From: Euglena gracilis
Lineage: Eukaryota
Direction: 5' to 3'
Length of the DNA: 64,000 nt
Assembly (NCBI GenBank): GCA_039621445.1
Contig: CP154954.1
Span: 17,266,589-17,330,588 of the forward strand
Below are positions 1-13,095 of this stretch, piece by piece (within the stretch, counting starts at the first letter, position 1; every line of letters begins with the position of its first letter). The position numbers and the translations under genes were made by a program. A model generated the notes under the pieces. That model worked only from the letters and a program-made list of their open reading frames with translations, ran no database searches and had not been told where the DNA came from.

Positions 1-1804
1 TTCATTGAAAATGGTCATTTTCAGGGGGGGGTGCCATAGCACTCCCCACCCCAGAACACCCCCCACCCTGGGGGGGGTCGAAAATGCCTGACCCTTGCTT
101 GAAACTGGTGGAATTTGAGCAAAATGAGTGCAAAGTTGTATTGGGGAAAGGTTGGACTTTTGATCTGGGAGTTTGATTAAAAAATTTTCCCACCCAAGTA
201 TAAACCCCAAACATTAAACCTTCCTGAGGGGGCCTCCTCCCAAATATGAAAGGCGGGGGGATTTGCTGGATCCTAAATCCACAACAGATTTTTCTTACCA
301 GGCTTCTGTCCACCAACCCAGGGGGAGGGTGCCTGTTCATGGGATGCCTGTACATAGCAGACACCCCCCCAGGGGGGCAGGGTCAGTGTTGGACCCCAAT
401 GCATACCAACCAAGCCAAGTTTCCAATGAAAATGGCCATTTTTAGGTCCCGGGGCCTTCAGTGACCGGGGTGTGCTACAGCAAAACCCACCCCAAAACCC
501 GACCTGAAATGGCTTTAACCCCCTGCCTGCCCACAGCACCTCCGGGGGGGGGGGGTGCAACTTTCCTTAACAAGAAGCCCGTTTCTCACCCATTATTGGC
601 AGTTTTTTTTGGCCAATTTCGGACCAAATAAAAATAGAAATTTAGAAGATCTCAAAAAAAGAAGAGACAATTTCAATCAAAGACAATTTCCGGAAATCTG
701 CACTCTTGTTGAGAAGTATTCTCGTTTGCCGTGTTTCCCATGTATTTTTCAAGGTTTGATGAAATTATTCTCTCAAAAAGTGTTGCAGACTCCTGACTCT
801 GCCGTTTTCAGTCATATTTGGCATATTTGGGTCAAAGAATCATTTTTTCGAATTTCTGAAAAAAAGAGGGGAATGAGAGTAAACGTTGGCGCTGTGAAGA
901 ACAGTTTCTGGGACCCAAGACACCGCTCAGGTCGTTGTACAACCAACACTCTTTCTGCATTCTGCATTGGCGTTGCATATTTTCCATAAATTTCTCTTTT
1001 CATCATCGTTTCTGTTGATCAAAGAAAGGCAAAAAGAAATACATGTCAATCCAAGATCTTACTTTTATGGTCATGGGCATGAGATTTTAAATTTACATGC
1101 AGACATTCTTTGCCTTCTTTTCGAACGAACAGATGATGAGAGAGAAACTCATGGGAAATGTGCGGCAGGATGCAGAAAGAGAGTATGATGAACTGTTAAA
1201 ATGGTGCACAGACGGCATGCACACCCACCACAACCAAGATTTCTCCGAGATGTCACTCATGGTCCCTCCGCCTTGCAGGTCACCAGCATTAGTTGCATGT
1301 CTATCCCCAGGTGTGCTAATATTTATTTGATTTATTTGTTTATTAAATTTGTTCAGTTTCAATTATAAAAAGTTTCTCCTATTTTGGATTTTTAATGTTG
1401 ACATCTTTTATATTATTTTATGCAATTTTTATTTCCTTTTGTTTATCAACATTTTTTCTTCTGTATTTTCTTTTTTATCTATTTTGATTTTGATTTTCCT
1501 TTTTCAAAAAATCTTTCATTCCGTTCAATGTATTCAAGGGTGACAACTTCCCAGGGTGAGGAGGTTTTGTGCATGTATACCACACAGGGGCGAATACATG
1601 TTCAAATCCGGTTAGGGAGAATAAAAGCACCAGAAAAGAGAAAACAATAAACAAACAATAGCCCATCAAAAAAATGCTAAAAATCAAAATAGTTTTAAGA
1701 ATCCTAAAATTCTAAAAATAGAGAGAGAACAGAGTGAATGAAAAGAACAAATGTTTGTCCTTGCGAGAAAGCGACCTCCCTCGAGGCTTTCAGGACGTGC
1801 TTGA

Positions 1805-4800
1805 CCCTGCGGAAACCCGTCCAACTGGCTCCGCAATTCATCGCTGAGGGTTGCTGCCGCTATATTGATTGTTAACAGTATCCACGTCCCGTTCTGGGCG
1901 GGAAACCCGCCTCACGAGGTCGCCTGCAGCAGCCGATGAGGCCACATTGTAACCAAGGGTCGAAAAATACGCACTACACATTCTACTGTGGGGCACAACC
2001 TCAACAAAAACAACAACCAAAATGTATGCTGATCCGTGTAGCTGCACCGAAAATAATCAATCAACCAGACATTGCAGGAGATCCCCTGGTCTCTGCCGAC
2101 GGACTAACGCCACCTGCCCAGTGAAACGGTTGAATGCCATCGTCGTGAGCCACCCATTTACCCATTTTGGCACTTTGGAGGCCGGCCCCACGCTGTCATC
2201 GGACCAATAACACTCACAGTGACCATTGAAACTGCTCAACCCCCCAAATGAGACCACAGAATACCCCCCCCCCCCAAACATAAGACCCCCATAATAAGAC
2301 CCCCCTAATAAGATTCCCCTCCCAACTTTCAGCAGAAATCCTACAAATAAACACCAAAAAGGCAGCACCTTTAATTCACTCCGTCTCAATTATGATGCCC
2401 GCTTGTCTGTCCGGTGCTCAAGCAGATGGGGGGGGACTTCAGCAGCCAACCTTGCACCTAAGCAAGATTCTGGTCCAATTGCAAAAATTCACAATATTCT
2501 ATTCTGTTGATATTCCAGGATCCCGGTTGTTGCCGCTCATTGCTGGTTACACACCAGCCCAGCCCTCCAGCCCTCCAGTTATGCGCAACCAGAGAAAGGT
2601 CAATTTTAGTGTTTTTTGGCCCTCCACAACCTGGGTTTAACCCCCAAAATGAGAAATGACCCGAAAATACAAAAAACATCAGATCCTTCCACCCTGCATT
2701 TCCTGCGTGGGCAACTGGAACCACCAGGTGATGTCGGTGCAATTTGAAGTCAGTCAAGAAAAGAATGCCCTCTTGTTGGGGATTTATTTGACAAAGAATT
2801 TCAAATTTCCCTCCCCCCCTCCAATAGTGTTACCCCCAGATATCTTTCGAAGTCTCATAGGACCCAAAATACACCCAAAACCCCACTTTGGGGTCATTTA
2901 TTGTACTTTCTCATGAAATTTGACATTTTGGAGGCCAGATGATCCAGAAAAAGGTGTACATGGCCCCCCAAAAATTGGTGCATTGAACCTCCCCCCCCCC
3001 AATGACGCCTTGAGCCTTGTTTGTCTTTCTGGGGGGACATTCTTTTGGACTTTGCTGAAAATTTTGGCAGCCTTCCCTCGGGAGGGTCCAAAATAGGTCC
3101 AAAAGAAATCTTTCACGATGAACAAAATTGTTCCAAAAAATGCCAGCACTGGATGAGGAGGTATGCTGACTTTCACAGAAGAAATTTACTTTTTAGGAAG
3201 TGAATCAAAATCAAAAAAAATCTGCCTCGAATGGTGAGTTCAGAGTGTGGGCATCTGGATGGGGCGTTCCTGTCTGCATTGGGCTGCATAACACGCCAGG
3301 AACTGACGGTGAATTTTGCAGTGGACCATTTCAGATCAGCTTATCAAAAGTGAATTCCAAGTCTTTTCCCTCTTGAAAGATTTCCGGCAAGGGCCTTCAG
3401 GGCACGGCCGGTCGAAATAGGCAGCAGGTGCAGTTTGGTTTGAAAGCAGACGCACGGGCTTGCCTGTGATCTGGTCAACCTGCGAGATGTTGGCTTGGGG
3501 GCCCTCTTCTGTCGCAGTCCATGCCCCACAATTAAAGTTTGTTCAAGCTGGGAAAATGGTGGTGAATTGGGAATCACAGGCCAGAAGTGAAGACAACGAG
3601 GATGAGCAGGCGCATCACACATTTCAAATAAAAAAAACAGTGTGTTGTTATCATCAGAGGATGTGAAACCTTAAATGCAATGCATCCATCCATCCAGCAA
3701 AAAAAGAAAGCAGAAATATTAGAGAGTCCCCAGCTCAGGGTGGACACCTTCTCGTTGCGGGCCATCATCAATGGGGTGCTGTACAGTGTGTGGGTCCCAT
3801 AGGTGTTGTTGAGGTCATAGAAGAGTGCAACCCACGTTACCCAGAAGGTGGGGATGAAGAAACTGGGAGGGCAGGGGCGGCATATGAACATGTCGAAAAG
3901 ACTGAAAAGGCCCTCACTCACTCGACGAATGAAATGCAAGTTGCGAGTCGAGCAGCCTAAAGGCCATTGCTACGTAACCCCCCCCCAAAAATGTATGTGT
4001 GTGTGTGTGTGTGTGTGTGTATGTAAAGCCCCCCCCAGCTCGACATTTGGGTGGGATTTCAAAACTCTCAAGAAAGCTTTATAATTGAACGGGGGCCTCT
4101 GCGAACTCTCACTTCCTTCAACTCCACTCAAATACCAATATTACACCAAAGTTCCTCCCAGTTTGCACCTCCCAGTTTTCCCCGAGATCCGCAATCCTTG
4201 CCAAAATCCTTTCATCTTGCAAAAAATGGACACACATGGGGTTTCCAGATTCATTGTGGTTCCCTCAGCAATTGTATTTAACGGATGGATGGATGTGTGG
4301 TTGGATAATTTTGTTGGTGGATTTGTGCTTTGGGGTGAAGGGAGCACAGGACATGCGCTGTGTCTTCCTCCTCAAACGAGTCTAAGCCAGGTGGCGACCT
4401 GATGTCTTTAAAAGACACTGGATTTTTGCTTTGGCCAAACGGCGGCCAAAAGGCTGGGCTCGAGCAGGGAATGAAAACGGAAAAAAAACACATCTTTTTT
4501 GTTGTGTGGGGATGGGCGATTTTTCAAGGATTCCAGAAATCTTTCTTCCTTGATGTCAACCTGTTTTAACCAAGAAATTCTCGAGCTTTCTGTCCATTTT
4601 ACTGGTTGAATTTGCCAGTGTTTTTTACCTTCAGGACCTGTCCTTGGTGGCATAGGTTCCAAGGGAAATTATTTCATGCCATTTTATCATTTTTCCCACA
4701 TAATTTGCCAAAATGTGAGATGAACCTGATATCTTTCTGAATACCCCCCCCCCATGGAAAGCCCCCAGAGGGTTTGATTTTGCCACCAAATATAAAATCC

Positions 4801-7800
4801 CTCCCTCAACACAAAACCACCTTGAGGGTGCCATTCAGGGCAAAACATAATTTTTTTGGGTCGAGAGAAGCCAAATGGTTGTTTCTTTTCTGAAAACCAG
4901 AAGACTCTGCCAAGCCGCAAAGATGGAGGGCGTTTTGGCACCCCTGGTCCTCGGTGGGATCCAGGAAACACCCGATCAGGGCCACCTGGGAGAAGACGGG
5001 GTGGCCCTTCATCATGGTGAAGGTCTGGCCAGTGAAGGGGGCCGCTGGCACCCCTGCCCTTGCCACCACCAAAAATCTTGGAAACGATACTTTTGTCACG
5101 TTGGCGGAAACCTGTCCATCAATACTTGGCCGCTCCGAATCTATCCACCATATCCGGAGGGTTCTTTCCCTGCATTTTCCCCACCCCGATCCTTTTTTTT
5201 TACGCCCAATGTCGACTCCGTGATAAGGAACAAAGAACAGGGCATGCGTGAATGGATAGGAACTCCACACCGACCCAAAGGGACTGATTTCGAACTAAAG
5301 ATGCGTTTGAAGATAAAATGCAAATTGCATACGTTGTGTAAACTTTGCTATTTTTAAAAAAAAATCACAATACATGGAATAAACATCACAATTTCTGGAC
5401 ACAAAATTCAAAACATACTTAGATGTCATCGGCTGCCCCAGTACCATGGGACGAAAGCAAGGTCTTTCTTAATTGGGAAATTTGGGTACAAATGCCTCCG
5501 AAACACCCCAGGTGCAGCATGTCTTTTTGCAGAATGCCCAACATCTGCTTCATCAAAGGAGTACGTCGAGGGACGTTTTTGGTCGAGTGAAACCAAATTC
5601 CACACCATAACATACACACACATGCATGTACATATGGTTCCCAATTTGATTTTGAAAAATCGTTGGTGCTCTTGCCCAATTGCAAAAACAGTTTGAAAAG
5701 CTGTCAATTTAAACATTTGTGTGCTCAGGCATCCAAATTAAAATCGTTGAAGCGTTTGGACAATCGTGCAAATGTTTCATTGAAATGTTGCACTTGTGCA
5801 ATTGTCCAAATGCATCATTGGAATGAAGCACTTGCACAATTGTGCAAATGCTCCATTCAAACTTGTGCAACGGTGCAAATGTCTAAACAGATTAAAACCT
5901 TTTATTGAAAAAAAGCAAATTGACCTGCCTTTTGGGCCCAAACTTGGGCATTTGAGCCTGTGAGAAACCATTTCTGACACCAATGGGCTCAAAAAAACGC
6001 CCGTGAAAGGCCTAAACCCCAGAAAAAATGAGTTGAAAAATGCTCTTCATCCTGGTTTTCAGAAATGAAATCAGCATGTTGGCTGTGAATATGTGTATTT
6101 GACAAATTTCAAACCTTGGCGTACGTGGAGGGGGTTGGAGAAACACCCTGACATGCTGCCTTCCACCATCGAGTTGTATATATATGCATGTTCCACAACA
6201 TATTGGACGTCATGGACGCTGCGTCTCCACTCTGCTCTTTTTTCCAAAATCGATAAAGGCTTCAGAAAATAAAGCATTTGCACAATGCAAGAAAAGAGGT
6301 ATGTCGCTAAACTCCCACAGAACTGAACTGGTGGCAGTCCTACTGCATTGTTTTCCCCTGCCATTTGTGGGTTGATGCCAGACTTCTGCTTCGGGGTTTT
6401 CAGTAAACTCCCCCAAATAACCCCCCCCCGGGTATTATTTGGTATTATTCTTTCGCCCGAAGTCATGGCCCGAGGGGGGGGTATTATTTGGGGGGGGGGG
6501 CATTTTTTCCCAAAATTTTCGAAATTTTTCGAAGTCCCATAAAACCCAAAATAGCACCCAAAACCCTCCTTTGGTGTCATTTTTTGCACTTTCTTGTGAA
6601 ATTTACCATTTTTTGGAGGTCAGATGAGCCAGAAAAATTGATTTTTTTTCGTAATTTGTTGTCAGAATATTGTGATTTTTACCTACATTTTCAAGTAAAA
6701 ATCCGGGCCTTTGGCCCGAAACCGGGGGGGGGGTATTATTTCGGCGGCCGAAGTCGGACCCCAAGGGGGGGGGGGTATTATTTGGGGGGGATTATTGGGG
6801 GGGGGTATTATTTGGGGGGGTTTACCCTGGGGGGCTCGACTACGCCAATCCATTTGGGGGGTCTGCTAGCAGGGATAATTATTGAATATTGTTCCCCAAT
6901 GACCGGTGTGAAGCGGCAAAAATTTTTGAAACCCCCAAAACCTGCCAGAAACCTGCCCATTTTGGCTTTTTGGGTTTTTTTTTGGAACAAAATCAGACAA
7001 AGGAGATCAGGCAGTAGACTTTGGTCATTTTGACCCCCCCCCTATGGTGAAGTTCACCGTTTGAAAGTTCACCGGGGGGTTCCGGACCCCCTCCCCCCCC
7101 CCCTCTGCCTAACCCATCGGTGAACTTCACTGGTGAAGTTCACCAAGAGAGTACTTTTTTGGCCAAAAATGGCCAAAAATGGCATTTTGGGCAAGTTTTT
7201 GGAAATTTCGCTAAAATTCCATGAAGCATCAACCTCAAAATGACCATTTTGAGAGGAAAGGAGCAAAATTGTACCAGTGAAAATTTCACCCCCAACCATC
7301 AAAACGGTGAAGTTCACCGGTGAACTTCACCGGTGAACTTCACCGCCGAAAGTACCCCCCCCTCCCCCCCGGTGAATGTTCACCGGTGAACTCTCACCGG
7401 GGGGTCCACAGCCCCCCCCCCCACCCCTGCCTAACCTCCAAAGGTGCTGAACACCTCCCCCATCTGACCAATGCAGGGTGGGGGGATGTTGACCATTGAA
7501 AATTCCCAAATAAGATAATTTATAACTAAATTAATTATTATTATGGAATAAAACTATGTTAGAAAATGCTCTTTTCCAAATCGAATCTGGAATCAAGGGA
7601 AATGCATTCAGAGAATAGTGGTCTCTTTAGGAAGGAAAAATATTATTGGAGATTTTTTTTGCAACAATTTCTCCACCCAGGGAGAGAGTCCTCCAACTGG
7701 TGGATGTTGAACAAACTCCTCTGAAAAAAAAGTTGGAGAAATTAACCAAAAAATTGAGGGTTCGTTAGAAACCCAACATTGGCCTGCCATATGCCGGCAT

Positions 7801-10030
7801 TCTCTTTTAGCCGTGGCCAGAACGTGCCCTGAAGACCTCAACCATGTTGCTGATGAAACCAGCACTTCATTTTGGTTACATTCTCATTAATTCACAATTA
7901 TTTGGAAGAGTTGTGTTGTGCTGTGTGCGGGGCAGGCAAGAGTGGGCAGACCCAACCGTGGGATATCGAATCGTGAGGGATGAAGGTCGATGCCAAGCAG
8001 CTCTTGAGCAACGGTATCTTTTGGGCAACAAAACCATCCAATGACTCAAAGGAAGAACTTTGACAAAAACCTTCCAGACATTATCCCTTTTCCCAAAGAC
8101 CCTCCAAAGCTCTTCGGGTATCCCCAAAATCCAGCATTCAAACAAAGCATCGTGCTGCGTTTCCCCACTCCATCAAAATCAGCTAATCACCGTTCCCCCG
8201 GAATGAATTGGTTCTGCCCAGGTTGGGTGACGTCAGGCACACTTGGGCGTAGGCAAGCACCCCACTCCCTTGCACCATCAAAGACACCTCCGTCATCTCC
8301 ATCTCCCCCTCCGACAATCGTGCATCGAACTGTTCTATCGCTTCACTCAAACACAGGGTGGAGAATTGGGAGTTCAAGCGCATGTGCAGAATCCATTTAA
8401 CATCCAAGAGATTGATTTGATGAAGAAACTGTATGAAGATTATGTCACAAAAAACTAAATTGGTGTGTGACATATTCACTTTCTTCATGTCATTAAAAAC
8501 GTGTTCAGCCCGCCAAATGCCTGCCCTGAAATTCGTGGTCATGAACACGTTTTCCATGAGGGCATTTGTGGCAATGACACGTTTTCCATTATGGCATCTG
8601 TGGCATTGACACGTTTTCCATTAGGGCATCTGTGGCAATGACACATTTTCCATTACGGCATCTGTGGCATTGCATTAGGGCATCTGTGGCAATGACACGT
8701 TTTCCATTACGGCATCTGTGGCAATCAAGTGTAAGATGGAAAAAACGCTAGCATGAAAATTCGGCGACAAGTTGAGAGGCCAGGGTGGTCCTCAACGGGC
8801 GAGGCGGGTCGGGGGCACTCTACAACACAAGAAACGACCAGAAGTTGCCTTGGAGCACAACGACAAGCAGTGGGAGACGTCACGGAAGACGACACGCTTT
8901 ACACACAAAAAAGAGCCATACTTTGGTGGCCGCCGCAAATCTTAGCAATGAAAATGATATGCCAAACCGCAGGCGTCACACACAACTTTGTTCAGCTCGA
9001 CATAATTTGGATTTTTGGGAATGGCAACACCACAAAAACCACATTTGTCCTGTTGTATAGGCAGTCCCGACTGCTGCTCACGTTGAGCCACACATTGTTC
9101 AATGACGCTCGCCTCATCGAACAACAGGCTGGGTTCCAGCTCCCATCCCGTCCAGGCAACAAAGAAATCATCCAGCTCAGGATAAGATGCTTGCCGATGT
9201 TGACACAGTTTGGCGAACTCCAAACAGTTGGCAACAGCAGCAAGCTCTGCACCTACGGTGCCAGACTTTTTCTTCGTGTTGCCCTGTGCCAGCAAGGGGC
9301 CATGAAGGGGGTCAACCTTCGGCTTCTTGGCATCTTGCTGGTATACCGCAAGAGCAGCCAGGAACAATTCCGCCCTAGGGGGAGGTGGCAAAAGACCATT
9401 CACGAAGTTTGCCGTGCGTTTAGCCATAGTGGGAGGGCTGCTAAAAAAGGGGGGGTAACACGTTTTCCATCACGGCATCTGTGGCAATGACACGTTTTCC
9501 ATTACGGCATCTGTGGTAAGGCACGTTTTCCATTAAGGCTCCTTTTTTTCGGTCCAAATTTCACATTTTCGCGATTTTTTTTTCCCTTGGCGTGAATCAT
9601 GACCACGAATTTCAGGGCAGGCATTTGGCGGGCTCTGAACACGTTTTTAAACAAATTGTGGCTGAGCCCAGATTTCAGCCTGAAAACGTGTTCAGGGGGC
9701 CCCCTTCGGGGGCCCCCCTGCTGAACATGTTTTTAGGCTGAATTTGTTTTTAGGCCACAATTTGTGTGTAGAAAAATGTGTGGAAAATGGGTAAAATAAC
9801 TCGTTCACTGGGCTCCATGCAGAGCAGAGGGTGACAATCGGAAAGAATGTGGCGGCAACACACCCATGGAAAGATTCACTTCAACCTGTACATCAACAAT
9901 TGCACAATGTTCTGTACTACGACGTCCATGGAGTCCCGTGTCGTGCTCTTCAGCAGGTCCACAGAGGACGTCATGAGGTCCATGAACACCACCCAGATGA
10001 TGATGGCGGGCACCAGCGACAGGGCAAGGG
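1805..10030 (-). CDS. Multi-exon host gene, N-terminal part: membrane-anchored protein resembling euglenid receptor-type adenylate/guanylate cyclases (no catalytic domain in this window)
   Basis: Ordered minus-strand exons, boundaries approximate except where stated: ~10030-9895 ALSLVPAIIIWVVFMDLMTSSVDLLKSTT (hydrophobic TM), ~8365-8295 LSEAIEQFDARLSEGEMEM, ~8040-7950 LLGIDLHPSRFDIP, ~5060-4942 FTMMKGHPVFSQVALIGCFLDPTEDQG, 3862-~3730 FFIPTFWVTWVALFYDLN, ~2210-2092 WVNGWLTTMAFNRFTGQVALVRRQ, 1907-~1805 FPAQNGTWILLTINIAAATLSDELRSQLDGFPQ. A GT-AG intron 4941-3863 and a non-GT-AG intron 2091-1908 both join in frame. Confidence 0.6.
6404..6824. mobile_element. MITE with CCCCCAAATAA / TTATTTGGGGG terminal and subterminal repeats
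   Basis: taaactcccccaaataa at 6404 and ttatttgggggggttta ending 6824 are inverted repeats. A partial copy lies in the opposite orientation at ~48420-48577. Confidence 0.6.
7032..7445. mobile_element. MITE-like element built from GGTGAA(C/G)TTCACC palindromes
   Basis: Repeated ggtgaagttcacc / ggtgaacttcacc units at ~7046, 7119-7144, 7306-7344 and 7371-7399, with C-run ends. Boundaries approximate. Confidence 0.5.
8493..9650. mobile_element. Non-autonomous TIR element (~1.16 kb) with ~52-bp TIRs, TTAA ends and ~32-bp subterminal tandem repeats
   Basis: ttaaaaacgtgttcagcccgccaaatgcctgccctgaaattcgtggtcatga (8493-8544) is inverted at 9597-9650 with a 2-nt indel. The unit acacgttttccattacggcatctgtggcaatg is repeated ~5x at 8546-8725 and 2-3x at 9458-9535. 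Confidence 0.8.
8942..9427 (-). CDS. 161-aa ORF inside the TIR element, ending in a PHD-like Cys/His finger fragment
   Basis: C-terminus CGFCG...CDACGLAYHFHC matches C-x2-C...C-x2-C-x4-H-x2-C. The ORF fills the interior of the element. Confidence 0.5.
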   Translation of the reverse strand: MAKRTANFVNGLLPPPPRAELFLAALAVYQQDAKKPKVDPLHGPLLAQGNTKKKSGTVGAELAAVANCLEFAKLCQHRQASYPELDDFFVAWTGWELEPSLLFDEASVIEQCVAQREQQSGLPIQQDKCGFCGVAIPKNPNYVELNKVVCDACGLAYHFHC

Positions 10031-11703
10031 TCGATGTGTGGCAGAGATGAGTGACACTTCCAGTATTAATCGGTTGAGCAACATCTTATAACAAATATTG
10101 AACTGCACAATAAACTTAACAAAACTCAAAAAAAACAACTTTTGTCTGGAGTGCGTCAGCCATTGCGTTCCTCGAAAGATAAAAGTAAACGTGTTCCATG
10201 CCAGGTTTGGAGTAGACGTTTTGGGGGGGGTTAGGGACCCACATTTGGGGGGGGGGTCAATTTTTGGTGAAATATTTTGGGTGCTTCGTGCCGAAAATAG
10301 AGACCTCTCCCCTTCAGAGGGTGCCCACTTGGCCCGACCTACTGGGTGGGAATACCCACCCAGTAACCCCACGTGGGTGATCAAAATTTTTTATTTCTAT
10401 TCTCTTTGGCTGAACGACCCATTGCATTTTAAAGCCACTAGTATGGGTCAAGGGATGAAGCCACTGCCAACGAACAATAGAGAAATTGCGGATTGCAGTA
10501 TGCATTTCCCCCCCTTGCATTCTCAGGGCCCTGCCAAGGTACAAGGGTCAGAACAAAGGTAAATGAGATTCGGAACTCCATTGAAAGAGACTGATGGGAG
10601 GAAATAAAAGATGGTGGGAAATTCAAAAATACTTGGACACATAACAATTTGAGTATAAACCGATCAAAATAAGAATGTTACTAGCTCGAGTGAGCACTTT
10701 GAGGGGGCCCAGGTCCCATATTTGGGGTCATCTATGCGTGTGTCTGCGTGTGTTTGCATGACAGGAATGGCCCATCCCACATTAATGTCCGCCCTCCTAC
10801 AGGGTATCACTGCGGACTACCTCAGAAGGCACAGTCACATGGTGAGGTCGTGGCCCAGCACGATGCTTGGTGGAAGACCGGCACATGGTGTTTGGCATTA
10901 TTATTCAACCGAATGATGAAACTTTGGGGGTGGTGCGGGTCACGGGGGGGTCACGGGGGGGGGGTCACGGGGGGGTCACGGGGGAAATATGCCACTTTGG
11001 AGGTAGTCGGGGGGTAGCATCCATCATGTTGCATCCCATCACGAGAAGGGCGGCACGCATCCAAAAAATCGGTGATTCTCAGGCCCAAAAAGTGGTCATT
11101 TTGAATCAGTTTTGGGCAATTTTTGAACACAAAAAAAAAACGCTTTTTTGGACCGAAAATGGTCATTTTGGGGTAATTTTTTATGTCTGAAATTGGTCAT
11201 TTTTTTCATTTTTGAAAGGGAATTTTGTTAGGATTTTCTTGACCATCACATTTTTTGGGATTCATTTTGGGCCATTTTTTGACAAATTCTGTTTTGGGTA
11301 TGGAAAAGCACCAATTTTTGGCACTTTTTTTAGGGGACAAGATTTTTGGCCATTTTTGGTGTGAAGGTGCGTTGGGCGTTGGGTGCCAAAAAGGGGTTTG
11401 GTTGTCCAAATGGAAGGTGGGGTGAGGACAATTCTTTTCTGTTTTTTGGGGGGTGATCTTCCACACAAATCTCATGTCCCCTCCCCCCTTCTTGCCATGA
11501 AATTCTTTCCTACTTGCACAATATCCTCTTTTGCCAATGGACATATTTTGGGCCAAATTGACACAAATAAAAAAAATTAAATTCCTACACCAAAAAAGCG
11601 CCATTGTTTGGGTCGAAATTTTTTTCACCTCAAATCTTGGCATTTCCTTCCATTTTTTGACCATGTGAAAGCAAATTTTCGCTGGTTTCTGATACGAAAA
11701 TTA

Positions 11704-11811
11704 TGTCCAGAACGCCGGTTCGGGCGTGAAGCCGTGTTCCAGAACGAACGGGCGGCAGCCCGAACCGGCGTTCTGGAACACGGCTTCACGCCCGAACCGG
11801 CGTTCTGGACA
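11704..11811. repeat. Perfect 43-bp inverted repeat (hairpin) with 22-nt loop
   Basis: 11704-11746 tgtccagaacgccggttcgggcgtgaagccgtgttccagaacg is the exact reverse complement of 11769-11811. Confidence 0.9.
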
Positions 11812-12471
11812 CAGTTGTTGAAACCGTGTATTAGGGGCTCTGGCTTCCCGCCCGTTCATGGACGCATGGTCATTTGTGACTCCTCTATGCAGATTTCTTC
11901 TAAATGAACGCCGGTCAGGTTGCTACCGTTTGCACCAGTGCACTGCCCCAACCCCCCACACCAGCTGAATTCTTTGCTGGCCTTGAGGCTGCCGACGCAC
12001 CTCGGAAAACAGCAGAATGCCATATAAAATTGTTTTGGGGATACGTTTGTCGACAGTTGCCCCACTGGTGGATTGGCAAAAAACAAAATAGTGGCTCTTG
12101 CAGTTGCGCGGGATTTCCAAAAGGTTTGCGAACTACGTGGGGCAACGTTTGACTTTCTGGATGACTGGCTGGTGGCATTTGCCTTCTGGACGGTAAAAGT
12201 CACGTGCCTTTTTGATCACGGTGACGAGAAGCAACAGGCAGCCGCCGTCCAGCGAAACAAAAACCAAAACAAAAAGCGTAACAGTGCAATCAACAGAATG
12301 CCAAGCAACCGCTCCGGGAGCAGCTTATGCTGCCCCGTGACAACCCCAAAATTTGTGGGGTGGAGACATGGCAGCGGCAACTGGCACTGCTGCCAGATGC
12401 CGCTAATCCCTCCTTACCATTCTGGTGCTCCTGCAAAATTATCTGCAAAATTCCGGTCCCGTCAAGGCATA

Positions 12472-12853
12472 GTGGGCCGGCCTGTTTTTTTTGACGTTGT
12501 TTTTTTTGTTTTTTTTAATTTTAACAATGTTTTTTTTAAAAAAAAAACAAAAAAAAACGCCCACTAGGTTTTGCATGGAAAATTTTTTGAATGAACATTT
12601 TCAATCATTTTTGGCAATTTCTGGGTAATTTCTGCCAAAAACTTCCTTCCACAAAAATGAAAAAAAAGTCATAAAATTCCATTTTTGTTGCATTTTGGAT
12701 GTTTTTGACCATTTTTGGCAGTTTTTGAACTGAGTAGGATTCAAAATATGGTTTGGGTGTTTCATAACGAGTTTTTTCAATGAAATTTTCCTTTTGTTTT
12801 TTTTGATGTTTTTTTTACTGTTTTTTTTTAAAAAAAACAAAAAAAATGCCCAC
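12472..12853. mobile_element. AT-rich MITE flanked by TA
   Basis: TA|gtgggc...gcccac|TA ends (TA at 12470-71 and 12854-55). The right-end sequence is duplicated internally at ~12530-12566. Confidence 0.55.
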
Positions 12854-12855
12854 TA

Positions 12856-13095
12856 TGCGTCAAGGCAACTTATGCAACGTTTCCTGGGGCAGCCAATTGG
12901 GCGCGGGACGTGCTTGACCGGCCAAATTGTCTTCAAGGATCTGGCCCGCCGTCCGGTGGTGTCTGCTTTGGTGGACGAGTTGGGGTCGCATCGGGCGGCA
13001 AAGGCTGTGGGCATGTGCCCACGCAATACGGAAAAGTATTATCGTGCTCCCCAAGACGACACTTGTCGTCAGGCAGCGCAAGCTCTCCAAAACGT
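12856..13095 (+). pseudogene. Coding relic with a weak resemblance to a tyrosine recombinase C-terminus
   Basis: KDLARRPVVSALVDELGSHRAAKAVGMCPRNTEKYY loosely follows the H-x-L-R-R...GH...T-x-x-Y spacing, but the catalytic His residues are not conserved. Confidence 0.25.

Noticed and set aside
8546-8725. 32-bp repeats as a CRISPR array
   Set aside because: The units are head-to-tail with no unique spacers, lie inside a TIR element, and there are no cas genes.
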